DNA of 64,000 nucleotides, taken from NCBI RefSeq assembly GCF_032059615.1, contig NZ_DAMCAM010000003.1, positions 12,749 through 76,748 of the forward strand, read 5' to 3'. Numbering within the stretch: position 1 is the first letter of the stretch; each line of letters starts with the position of its first letter. Under the pieces are notes generated by a model. The model searched no databases, had not been told where the DNA came from, and was given only the letters and a program-made list of their open reading frames with translations. Both the position numbers and the translations under genes were made by a program. This document shows, piece after piece, positions 33,186 to 42,108 of this stretch. This stretch comes from Melaminivora sp. (GTDB taxonomy: Bacteria; Pseudomonadota; Gammaproteobacteria; Burkholderiales; Burkholderiaceae_C).

Positions 33186-34322
33186 TCACATCGATTCGGC
33201 CAGCATGCGCCGGTAGTCCTCGGCGCTGGCCTGGCGCGGATTGGTCTTGTGGCAGTGGTCGGCCAAGGCGCCCCGGATCACGGCGTCGAACAGCGAGGCG
33301 TCCACGCCCAGCGCGGCCAGACCGGTTGGCAGGCCCAGGCGCTCGCTCAGGGCGTGCACGGCCGGGGCCACCTCGTCGCCGCTGGCCAGGCCCATGGCGC
33401 GGGCCATGCGCTCCAGGCGGCGCTCGGCCTGCATGGACTCGGCCTCGGCGTTGAAGCGGATCACCGCCGGCAGGAAGATGGCGTTCAGCGTGCCGTGGTG
33501 CAGCCGCGGCGCCAGGCCGCCGAGGCTGTGGCTGAGCGAGTGCACGCAACCCAGCCCTTTCTGGAAGGCCATGGCGCCCTGCATGCTGGCGCTCATCATG
33601 TGCAGGCGCGCGTTGCGGTCGCCGCCGTCGCGCGTGGCCGCCTCGATGTGGCGCCAGCCGCGCTCCAGGCCGTCGAGCGCGATGCCGTCGGCCGGCGGGT
33701 TGAAGGCCGCCGACATGAAGGTCTCCATGCAGTGGGCGATGGCGTCCATGCCGGTGGCCGCGGTGAGCTGCGGCGGCAGGCCCAGGGTCAGCTCGGGGTC
33801 GCACAGCGCGGCGCGCGGCATCAGGTGCCAGGAATGAAAGCCCAGTTTGCGTCCGTCCTCGACGATCAGGATGGCCCCGCGCGCCACCTCGCTGCCCGTG
33901 CCGCTGGTGGTCGGCACGGCGATCAGCGGCGCCACCGCTTCGGTGATCCGCGGCGAGCCGCCCTCAATGGTGGCGTAGGTGGTGAGCGGCCCGGCGTGGG
34001 TCGCGGCAATGGCGATGCCCTTGGCGCAGTCGATGGCCGAGCCACCGCCCACGGCGACCAGGCCGTCGCAGCCGTGCTCGCGGTACAGCGCCACGGCGGC
34101 GCGCACCGCGGCCTCGGTCGGGTTGGCCGGCGTCTGGTCGAACACCGCCACCGGCAGGGGCGCCAGCGCCTGCAGCGCCGGCTGCAGCACGCCCGCGGCG
34201 CGAACGCCCGCATCGGTGACGACCAGCGGCCGCGTGATGCCCACGCGCGCGCATTCCTGCGCCAGCAGGCGCACGGCGCCAAAGTCGAACTGGATCTGGG
34301 TGAGGTACTGGATGAGGGCCAT
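33186..34322 (-). CDS. Iron-containing (group III) alcohol dehydrogenase
   Basis: 378 aa with VAVGGGSAIDCAKG, TTSGTGSE, and the metal-ligand region GMDAIAHCMETF...HSLSHSLGG. Confidence 0.85.
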   Translation of the reverse strand: MALIQYLTQIQFDFGAVRLLAQECARVGITRPLVVTDAGVRAAGVLQPALQALAPLPVAVFDQTPANPTEAAVRAAVALYREHGCDGLVAVGGGSAIDCAKGIAIAATHAGPLTTYATIEGGSPRITEAVAPLIAVPTTSGTGSEVARGAILIVEDGRKLGFHSWHLMPRAALCDPELTLGLPPQLTAATGMDAIAHCMETFMSAAFNPPADGIALDGLERGWRHIEAATRDGGDRNARLHMMSASMQGAMAFQKGLGCVHSLSHSLGGLAPRLHHGTLNAIFLPAVIRFNAEAESMQAERRLERMARAMGLASGDEVAPAVHALSERLGLPTGLAALGVDASLFDAVIRGALADHCHKTNPRQASAEDYRRMLAESM

Positions 34323-34468
34323 GCGAGCGGGTTGCAGAGGTTGCCGTTACGATCGACCGCCACCCTACAACGGCGCGCAGCCCCTGACCAGACAGCCAAC
34401 CCGCATCCGGCGCCGCCGTGCGTCGCCCGGGCGACAGCCGGGCAGCCGCACGGGGCACCCCACCCGCC

Positions 34469-35440
34469 ATGACAGCCAACCCACCCTTTCACTCCCACGC
34501 GCGGCTGACGCCGCAGATGGCAGGCGTGCTCGAACGCATGGCCCGCGCCGCGCGGCCCGCCCTGCATACCCTGACGCCTGGCGAGGCGCGCGCACTCTAC
34601 GCCGCCGGCGCCGACGTGCTGGAGGTGCCGCGCGCCGAGCTGGCGCGCGTGCAGGAGCTGCAGCTGCCCGCGCGGGACGGCGAGTGCCTGCCCGCGCGCC
34701 TGTACGCGCCCACCCGGGACGCCGGCCTGCCGCTGCTTTTGTATCTGCACGGCGGGGGCTTCACCATCGGCAGCATCGACACCCACGATGTACTGTGCCG
34801 CGAGCTGGCGCGGCTTGCGGGCTGCATGGTTGTCTCGCTCGGCTACCGGCTTGCGCCCGAACACTGCTTTCCGACGGCGGTGCACGACACCTGGGATGCG
34901 CTGCAGTGGCTGGCCGAGCATGCGGCGAGCCTGGGCGCCGACCCCGCGCGCCTGGCCGTGGGCGGCGACAGCGCCGGCGGCACGCTGGCCGCCGTGGCGG
35001 CGCTGCAGGCGCGCGACGCCGGTCTGGCGCTGGCGCTGCAGCTGCTGATCTACCCCGGCACCACGGCCCACCAGGACACGCCCTCGCACCAGCGCTACGG
35101 CCAGGGACTGGTGCTGGAGGCCAGCGCCATCGCCTGGTTCTTCGACCAGTACATCGCCCCCGGGCCGGCGCGCGAGGACTGGCGCTTTGCCCCGCTGCTC
35201 GCTCCCGACCTGGAGGGCGTGGCCCCCGCGTGGGTGGGCCTGGCCGAGTGCGATCCGCTGGTGGACGAAGGCATCGCCTATGCCGACCGCCTGCGCATGG
35301 CGGGCGTGCCGGTGCAGCTGGAGATCTACCGGGGCGTGACGCACGAATTCATCAAGATGGGCCGTGCCATCCCCGAGGCGCGCCAGTTCCACCACGACGC
35401 GGCCGCCGCCTTGCGCGCGGCCCTTTTCCCGCTGGATTGA
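34469..35440 (+). CDS. Alpha/beta hydrolase, hormone-sensitive-lipase-type esterase
   Basis: LYLHGGGFTIGS (HGGG oxyanion motif) and GGDSAGGTLA (GDSAG nucleophile). Confidence 0.8.
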   Translation: MTANPPFHSHARLTPQMAGVLERMARAARPALHTLTPGEARALYAAGADVLEVPRAELARVQELQLPARDGECLPARLYAPTRDAGLPLLLYLHGGGFTIGSIDTHDVLCRELARLAGCMVVSLGYRLAPEHCFPTAVHDTWDALQWLAEHAASLGADPARLAVGGDSAGGTLAAVAALQARDAGLALALQLLIYPGTTAHQDTPSHQRYGQGLVLEASAIAWFFDQYIAPGPAREDWRFAPLLAPDLEGVAPAWVGLAECDPLVDEGIAYADRLRMAGVPVQLEIYRGVTHEFIKMGRAIPEARQFHHDAAAALRAALFPLD

Positions 35441-35448
35441 CAGGCACC

Positions 35449-36312
35449 ATGCAACTTTCCGATTTCCGCAGCCGCACGCGCCTGCGCGTGCGCTGGTCCG
35501 AGGTGGACCCGCAGAAGATCGTCTTCAACGCCCACTACCTGACCTATGCCGACTGCGCCATGGCCGACTACTGGCGCGCGCTGGCGCTGCCCTACGAGGA
35601 CAGCATGCGCGTGCTGGGCGGCGACGTCTTCCTGAAAAAGGCCGAGGTGCAATACCACGCCCCGGCCCGCCTCGACGACCTGCTGGACGTGGGCCTGCGC
35701 TGCACGGGATTCGGTGACAGCTCCATGGCGTTCGAGTGCGGCATCTTCGCGGGCGATCGGCTGCTGGCCTCGGTGGCGCTGCTCTACGTCTTTGCCGACC
35801 CCGCCGCGCAGGCCAAGAAGAGTGTGCCGCCCGCGCTGCGCGCCGTGATCGAGCACTTCGAGGCGGGCGGCGAGATGGTCGAGCTGCGCACCGGTGACTG
35901 GTCTGCGCTGCAGGGCGATGCCTCGGCGCTGCGCATGGCGGTCTTCGTCGAGGAGCAGCGCATCGACCCGCAGATCGAAATCGACGAGCACGACGCCGGC
36001 GCCCTGCACGCCGTTGCCTACAACCGCCTGGGCCTGCCCGTGGCCACCGGCCGGCTGCTGGCCGGCGCCGCGCAGGATGAGCTGCGCATTGGCCGCATGG
36101 CGGTGCAGCGCAGCCTGCGCGGCCAGCGCCTGGGCCGGCAGGTGCTCGACGCGCTGGTGCGTGCGGCCCGCGAGCGCGGCGCACGCTGCGTGAGCCTGCA
36201 CGCCCAGCGCAGCGCGGAGGATTTCTACCGCCGCGCCGGCTTCACGGCCGAGGGCGAGCCGTTCGAAGAGGCAGGCATCGCGCACATCGCCATGCGCCAG
36301 CCGCTCGATTGA
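35449..36312 (+). CDS. Fusion protein: 4HBT/YbgC-like acyl-CoA thioesterase (N) plus GNAT acetyltransferase (C)
   Basis: C-terminal 287 aa of track ORF 33979..36312. The N-terminal half is RVRWSEVDPQKIVFNAHYLTYADCAMADYW (hot-dog thioesterase pattern). The C-terminal half is RIGRMAVQRSLRGQRLGRQVLDAL...FYRRAGF (GNAT motif A). Confidence 0.75.
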   Translation: MQLSDFRSRTRLRVRWSEVDPQKIVFNAHYLTYADCAMADYWRALALPYEDSMRVLGGDVFLKKAEVQYHAPARLDDLLDVGLRCTGFGDSSMAFECGIFAGDRLLASVALLYVFADPAAQAKKSVPPALRAVIEHFEAGGEMVELRTGDWSALQGDASALRMAVFVEEQRIDPQIEIDEHDAGALHAVAYNRLGLPVATGRLLAGAAQDELRIGRMAVQRSLRGQRLGRQVLDALVRAARERGARCVSLHAQRSAEDFYRRAGFTAEGEPFEEAGIAHIAMRQPLD

Positions 36313-36366
36313 CTATCGTATCGATAGCTGTAGGCCCATGACTGGCAACGCCAAAACCCGTTTTTG
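36313..36366 (+). repeat. Structured ~50-bp repeat element, copy d (diverged)
   Basis: CTATCGTATCGATAGC-TGTAG-GCCCATG-ACTGG-CAACGCC-AAAACCC-GTTTTTG, in the same register. Lies between convergent genes. Confidence 0.45.
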
Positions 36367-36377
36367 GCGTGTTTTTT
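36349..36377 (+). terminator. Rho-independent terminator after the thioesterase-GNAT gene
   Basis: CGCCAAAA-cccgt-TTTTGGCG followed by TGTTTTTTG. Confidence 0.65.
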
Positions 36378-36388
36378 GAGGTGCTGGC

Positions 36389-37333
36389 TCAAATGTCTTC
36401 CAGCAAGGCATAGGGCAGCGGCTGCAGCTCCAGCGGTACGCCCGCCACCTGCAACGCGCCACCCGCGGCCGCGATCTGCAGCGACACCAGCGCGTCCACG
36501 CCGCCGCCCGGCGCCGGCGCCGCCTGCACCACCAGGCCCACGGGCTGCTCGGCGTCGTCCTGGGCAAAGACTTCCGCGCCGGGCGCCACGGACGCGGGCG
36601 CGTGTGCCAGGAAGGTGCGCCGCTTGATGGCGCCGCGGAACTGGCTGCGCGCCACCACCTCCTGGCCCGGATAGCAGCCCTTCTTGAAGTTCACGCCGCC
36701 CACCGATTCGTAGTTGAGCATCTGCGGCACGAAGGCCTCGGCCAGCGGCGCGGTGAGCGTGGCCACGCCGCTGCGCACCTCGCTCCAGTCCCACAGCGCG
36801 GGCGCAAGCGCCGGCGCCTCGGGCGGCAGGCTGCCGGCGGGTGCGATGCGCAGCGCGCGCGGCTGGCCGTCGGCCGGGTACAGGGCGACCACGCTGGCCT
36901 CGCCCTGCTGCGCCAGCGTCCAGGGCGCGGCGTCGGCGGGCAGGGCGGCTTCAGCAGCCTCGCCCAGCAGGCCGTGCAGCTGGTAGTCGGCGCTGGCGTC
37001 CGTGAGCCGCGCCTTGGCGCGCAGCACGAACATGGACAGGCGCCTGAGCGTGGGCGCCAGCAGGTCGCGCGAACACAGCAGCAGCACCTCGGCGTCGCCG
37101 CGCTTGAAGCCGATGAAGCTGGCCAGCATGCGCCCCTTGGGGTTGAGCAGGGCGGCCAGGCGCGCATGGTGCGGGTCCAGCAGGGCAAAATCCTGGCTTA
37201 GCTGGCCATGCAGGAAGGTGGCGGCGTCCTCGCCCGCCACGCGGATGACGCCCAGGTGGGCCAGGGCGGCGGCGCCGGACGGCAGGGGCGGGCGGCTCTC
37301 CGGCCCGGTGGGGAAAGGCGTGGAATCGGTCAT
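36389..37333 (-). CDS. ygfZ: Folate-binding Fe-S cluster repair / tRNA-modification protein YgfZ
   Basis: MTDSTPFPTG... with the hallmark KGCYPGQE motif and a GcvT-like fold pattern. Confidence 0.85.
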   Translation of the reverse strand: MTDSTPFPTGPESRPPLPSGAAALAHLGVIRVAGEDAATFLHGQLSQDFALLDPHHARLAALLNPKGRMLASFIGFKRGDAEVLLLCSRDLLAPTLRRLSMFVLRAKARLTDASADYQLHGLLGEAAEAALPADAAPWTLAQQGEASVVALYPADGQPRALRIAPAGSLPPEAPALAPALWDWSEVRSGVATLTAPLAEAFVPQMLNYESVGGVNFKKGCYPGQEVVARSQFRGAIKRRTFLAHAPASVAPGAEVFAQDDAEQPVGLVVQAAPAPGGGVDALVSLQIAAAGGALQVAGVPLELQPLPYALLEDI

Positions 37334-37335
37334 GC

Positions 37336-38394
37336 GTGAATTATCATGGCCGGCTTCTTTCCGCCCTGCCGCTGCTGCCTTTATCGCCCGTGCGTCGTCT
37401 CTTTCTCCTGTTGCTCGTCCTCGTGGTCGCCGCGGGTGCGGCCGCCGCCTGGTGGCTGCAGGCGCCACTGCCGCAGCGCCCCGGCGCGGCGCTGGCCGGC
37501 CAGCCGCTGGAGCTGGCCATCGAGCCGGGCACCACGCCGCGCGGCGTGGCCCGCGCGGCCGTGCAGGCGGGCTTGGACGTGAATGCCGACCTGCTGTACT
37601 GGTGGTTCCGGCTCTCGGGCCAGGACCGGGGCATCCGCGCCGGCAACTACGAGATCCCGCCCGGCACCACGCCGCAGGCGCTGCTGCAAAAACTGGTGCG
37701 CGGCGAAGAGGCGCTGCGCGCCGTCACCCTGGTCGAGGGCTGGAATTTTCGCCAGGTGCGCCAGGCGCTGGCGCGCGCCGAGCAGCTGCGCGCCGACACC
37801 GCGGGCCAGAGCGACGAGGCCATCATGGCGGCGCTGGGCCGCGCGGGCGTGCCCGCCGAGGGGCGGTTCTTCCCCGACACCTACACCTACGCCAAGGGCA
37901 GCAGTGACCTGGCCGTGCTGCGCCGGGCCCTGCACGCCATGGACCGGCGCCTGGAGGCCGCCTGGGCGCAGCGCGACGCGCGCACGCCGCTCAAGAGCGC
38001 CGACGAGGCGCTGATCCTGGCGAGCATCGTCGAGAAGGAGACCGGCCGCGCCGAGGACCGCGCCCTGGTGGCCGGCGTCTTTGCCAACCGCCTGCGCGTG
38101 GGCATGCTGCTGCAGACCGACCCCACGGTGATCTACGGCCTGGGCGAGAAGTTCGACGGCAACCTGCGCCGGCGCGACCTGACCACCGACACGCCCTTCA
38201 ACACCTACACCCGCGCCGGCCTGCCGCCCACGCCGATCGCCATGCCCGGCAAGGCCTCGCTGCTGGCGGCCGTGCAGCCGGCCGAAACCCAATCGCTGTA
38301 CTTCGTGGCGCGCGGCGACGGCTCCAGCCACTTCAGCAGCACGCTCGACGAGCACAACCGCGCGGTCAACCGCTACCAGCGCGGCCAGAAATGA
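37336..38394 (+). CDS. mltG: Endolytic murein transglycosylase MltG (YceG family)
   Basis: N-terminal TM then the YceG pattern (...ASIVEKETG...[21 protein letters not shown]...[17 protein letters not shown]). The GTG start is uncertain. Confidence 0.88.
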   Translation: MNYHGRLLSALPLLPLSPVRRLFLLLLVLVVAAGAAAAWWLQAPLPQRPGAALAGQPLELAIEPGTTPRGVARAAVQAGLDVNADLLYWWFRLSGQDRGIRAGNYEIPPGTTPQALLQKLVRGEEALRAVTLVEGWNFRQVRQALARAEQLRADTAGQSDEAIMAALGRAGVPAEGRFFPDTYTYAKGSSDLAVLRRALHAMDRRLEAAWAQRDARTPLKSADEALILASIVEKETGRAEDRALVAGVFANRLRVGMLLQTDPTVIYGLGEKFDGNLRRRDLTTDTPFNTYTRAGLPPTPIAMPGKASLLAAVQPAETQSLYFVARGDGSSHFSSTLDEHNRAVNRYQRGQK

Positions 38395-39063
38395 CGGCGG
38401 CGACCATGCAGCACGGCCTGTTCATCACCTTCGAGGGCATCGACGGCGCGGGCAAGTCCTCGCACATCGAGGCGCTGGCCCAGGCCTTTGGCGCCGCCGG
38501 GCGCACCGTGACGCTCACGCGCGAGCCCGGTGGCACGCCGCTGGCCGAGCGGCTGCGCGAGCTGCTGCTGCACCAGCCCATGGACGCGCTGACCGAGGCA
38601 CTGCTGGCCTTTGCCGGGCGGCGCGACCACCTGCGCTGCGTCATCGAGCCGGCGCTGGCGCGCGGCGAGGTGGTGCTGTGTGATCGCTTCACCGACGCGA
38701 CCTTTGCCTACCAGGGCGCGGGGCGCGGCGTCGATGCCGGTTTGCTATCGCAATTGGAGCACACTGTCCAGGCGGGATCTGGGCAAAACCCCGATTCGGT
38801 CCGCAACCCCGACCTGACGCTGTGGTTCGACGTGGCCCCCGAGGTGGCGGCCGCGCGCCTGGCCGCCGCCCGCGCGCCCGACCGGTTCGAGGCCCAGCCG
38901 GTCGAATTTTTTCGCCGCGTGGCGGGCGGCTACGCCCAGCGCATGGCCGAGGCGCCGGCGCGCTTTGCCCGCATCGACGCGGCCCGGGCACGCGAGCAGG
39001 TCGCCGCCGAGGTGCTGGCGCAGGTTGCCGCGCGCGGCTGGCTCGGTGGTGGGGGCGGTGTGC

Positions 39064-39071
<8 letters not shown>
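38391..39071 (+). CDS. tmk: Thymidylate kinase
   Basis: [17 protein letters not shown]-loop, DRF...YQG. The ATGA overlaps the mltG stop. Confidence 0.9.
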
Positions 39072-40071
<1,000 letters not shown>

Positions 40072-40094
40072 CGGCGCTGAAACGAAAGGCAGCC

Positions 40095-40460
40095 ATGGCC
40101 ACCAGCACCGAGCAGACCCCCCCGCGCCCGGGCGTCATCCAGCTGAATATCCGGGAAAAAGCCGCGCTGTACGCCGCCTACATTCCGTTCTTCGAGCAGG
40201 GTGGCATCTTTGTGCCGACCACGCGCGAATACCGCCTGGGCGATGATGTCTACCTGCTGCTGACCCTACCCGAGGATGAGGGCCGCTACCCCGTCGCGGG
40301 GCAGGTGGCCTGGATCACGCCGGCACGCGCGGCGGGCAACCGCACGCAGGGCGTGGGGGTGCAGTTTCCGCGGGACGAGGCGTCGCGCCAGCTGCGCCGC
40401 CGCATCGAGGAGATCCTGGGCAGCAGCCTGCAGTCAGAGCGGCCCACGCAGACCATCTGA
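40095..40460 (+). CDS. pilZ: Type IV pilus assembly protein PilZ
   Basis: MATSTEQTPPRPGVIQLNIREKAALYAAYIPFFEQGGIFVPTTREYRLGDDVYLLLTLP...GVGVQF, in the conserved position after holB. Confidence 0.85.
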   Translation: MATSTEQTPPRPGVIQLNIREKAALYAAYIPFFEQGGIFVPTTREYRLGDDVYLLLTLPEDEGRYPVAGQVAWITPARAAGNRTQGVGVQFPRDEASRQLRRRIEEILGSSLQSERPTQTI

Positions 40461-40544
40461 CCTGGCTACGTGCCGCGTCCCGCGCGCACCCATCCGCCTC
40501 GCCGGGCGGCCGCCGCGGAGCCACATTTCATTGTTCAAGCACCC

Positions 40545-41354
40545 ATGTTCGTCGATTCGCATTGCCACCTGAACTTTCCCGAGCTGCGCGCACGCGTGCC
40601 GGAGATCCGCGAGGCCATGGCGCAGGCGCAGGTGGACCGCGCCCTGTGCATCTGCACCACGCTGGAGGAGTTCGACGACGTCCACGCCCTGGCCCTGGCG
40701 CATGACAACTTCTGGGCCACCGTGGGCGTGCACCCCGACAACGAAGGCATGGCCGAGCCTACGGTCGAGGACCTGGTGCGCCGCGCCCGCCTGCCGCGCG
40801 TGGTCGCCATCGGCGAGACCGGGCTCGATTACTACGGCATGGAGGACCGCAAGGGCGGGCGCAGCATCGCCGACCTGCAGTGGCAGCGCGAGCGTTTTCG
40901 CACGCACATCCGCGCGGCCCGTGAGACGGCGCGGCCGCTGGTGATCCACACGCGCAGCGCCGCCGCCGACACCCTGGCCATCCTGCGCGAAGAGGGCGAG
41001 GACGGCGCCGGCAACCGGGCGGGCGGGGTGTTTCACTGCTTCACCGAAACGGCCGAGGTGGCGCGCGCGGCGCTCGACCTGGGTTACTACGTCTCGTTCT
41101 CCGGCATCCTCACCTTCAAGAACGCCCAGGACCTGCGCGACGTGGCGGCCTTCGTGCCGCTGGAGCGCCTGCTGATCGAAACCGACAGCCCCTATCTTGC
41201 CCCCGTGCCGTATCGCGGCAAGGTCAACAGCCCGGCTTACGTGCCCTTCGTCGCGCAGCAGGTCGCCCAGGTCAAGGGGCTGCCGCTGGAGCAGGTGGCA
41301 GATGCAACCAGCCGCAACTTCGAGCAACTTTTCTTGAATGGAACCGCCCCATGA
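40545..41354 (+). CDS. tatD: TatD-family metal-dependent hydrolase (YcfH-like)
   Basis: MFVDSHCHLNFPEL...IGETGLDYY...VIHTR...ETDSPYLAP. Confidence 0.9.
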   Translation: MFVDSHCHLNFPELRARVPEIREAMAQAQVDRALCICTTLEEFDDVHALALAHDNFWATVGVHPDNEGMAEPTVEDLVRRARLPRVVAIGETGLDYYGMEDRKGGRSIADLQWQRERFRTHIRAARETARPLVIHTRSAAADTLAILREEGEDGAGNRAGGVFHCFTETAEVARAALDLGYYVSFSGILTFKNAQDLRDVAAFVPLERLLIETDSPYLAPVPYRGKVNSPAYVPFVAQQVAQVKGLPLEQVADATSRNFEQLFLNGTAP

Positions 41355-42025
41355 TCGCGCGTCGCACCCTTCTTTCAGCGCTGGTGTTGGCCGGCCCCAC
41401 GGCGGCCTGCGCGGCCGGCGGCGCCCACGCCGATTTCTTCCGTGCGATCGAGGTGGACAACGTGCAGGCCGTGTCAGCCCTGCTGCGCCGCGGGTTCGAC
41501 CCCAACGCGCGCGACACGCGCGGCCAGCCGGCGCTGGTGCTGGCCCTGCATGGCGAGTCGCCCCAGTCGGCGCAGCTGCTGATCGGCGCGCGCGGCCTGA
41601 AGGTGAACGCCCGTAACGCCAAGGGCGAGACGGCCCTGATGATGGCCGCGCTGCGCGGCAACCTGGAGGCCGCCCGCGCCCTGATCGCCCGCGATGCCGA
41701 CGTGAACCAGGAGGGCTGGACGCCGCTGCACTACGCCGCCTCGTGCATCACCGACGAAGCGCCCGAAATGGTGGCCCTGCTGCTCAGGCAGCATGCATTC
41801 ATCGACGCGGCCAGCCCCAACGGCACCACGCCCCTGATGATGGCGGTGCGCTATGGCAAGTTCGAAAGCGCCCTGCTGCTGGTGCGCGAGGGCGCCGACC
41901 CCACGCTCAAGAACGAGAAGGGCCTGTCGGCGCTGGATTTTGCGCGCCAGGCCGACCGGGCCGACATGCTGGACCTCGTTACCCAGGCGCTGCGCCGGCG
42001 CGCGCCCCGGGCAGGGCGGTGGTAG
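41351..42025 (+). CDS. Secreted ankyrin-repeat protein
   Basis: N-terminal signal-like MIARRTLLSALVLAGPTAACAA, then about four ANK repeats (G.TALMMAALRGNLEAARALIARDADVN..., GWTPLHYAA, G.TPLMMAVRYG...LLVREGADP). The ATGA overlaps the tatD stop. Confidence 0.8.
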   Translation: MIARRTLLSALVLAGPTAACAAGGAHADFFRAIEVDNVQAVSALLRRGFDPNARDTRGQPALVLALHGESPQSAQLLIGARGLKVNARNAKGETALMMAALRGNLEAARALIARDADVNQEGWTPLHYAASCITDEAPEMVALLLRQHAFIDAASPNGTTPLMMAVRYGKFESALLLVREGADPTLKNEKGLSALDFARQADRADMLDLVTQALRRRAPRAGRW

Positions 42026-42044
42026 CAGCTGCCGGTTTTTCAAT

Positions 42045-42094
42045 GAAAAACGGCTCCAGCCCTTGTCCGGCAAGGGCTCGCTGCTCTTTTTTTT
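42045..42094 (-). repeat. Structured ~50-bp repeat element, copy f (best copy); also a plausible bidirectional terminator
   Basis: Minus strand reads AAAAAAAAGAGC-AGCGA-GCCCTTG-CCGGA-CAAGGGC-TGGAGCC-GTTTTTC. The 8-bp stem AGCCCTTG/CAAGGGCT (42058-42078) has a T8 run on the plus strand. Lies between the convergent ankyrin and msbA genes. Confidence 0.7.
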
Positions 42095-42108
42095 GAATTG
42101 CCTGCGGC

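Noticed and set aside
38741-38805. Lower-GC segment in tmk containing GCTATC, considered as another copy of the repeat family
   Set aside because: G+C is 33/60, only a modest dip. GCTATC is in the wrong orientation relative to TGGAGC, and the blocks do not fall into the family register. It probably just encodes a variable loop ([15 protein letters not shown]).
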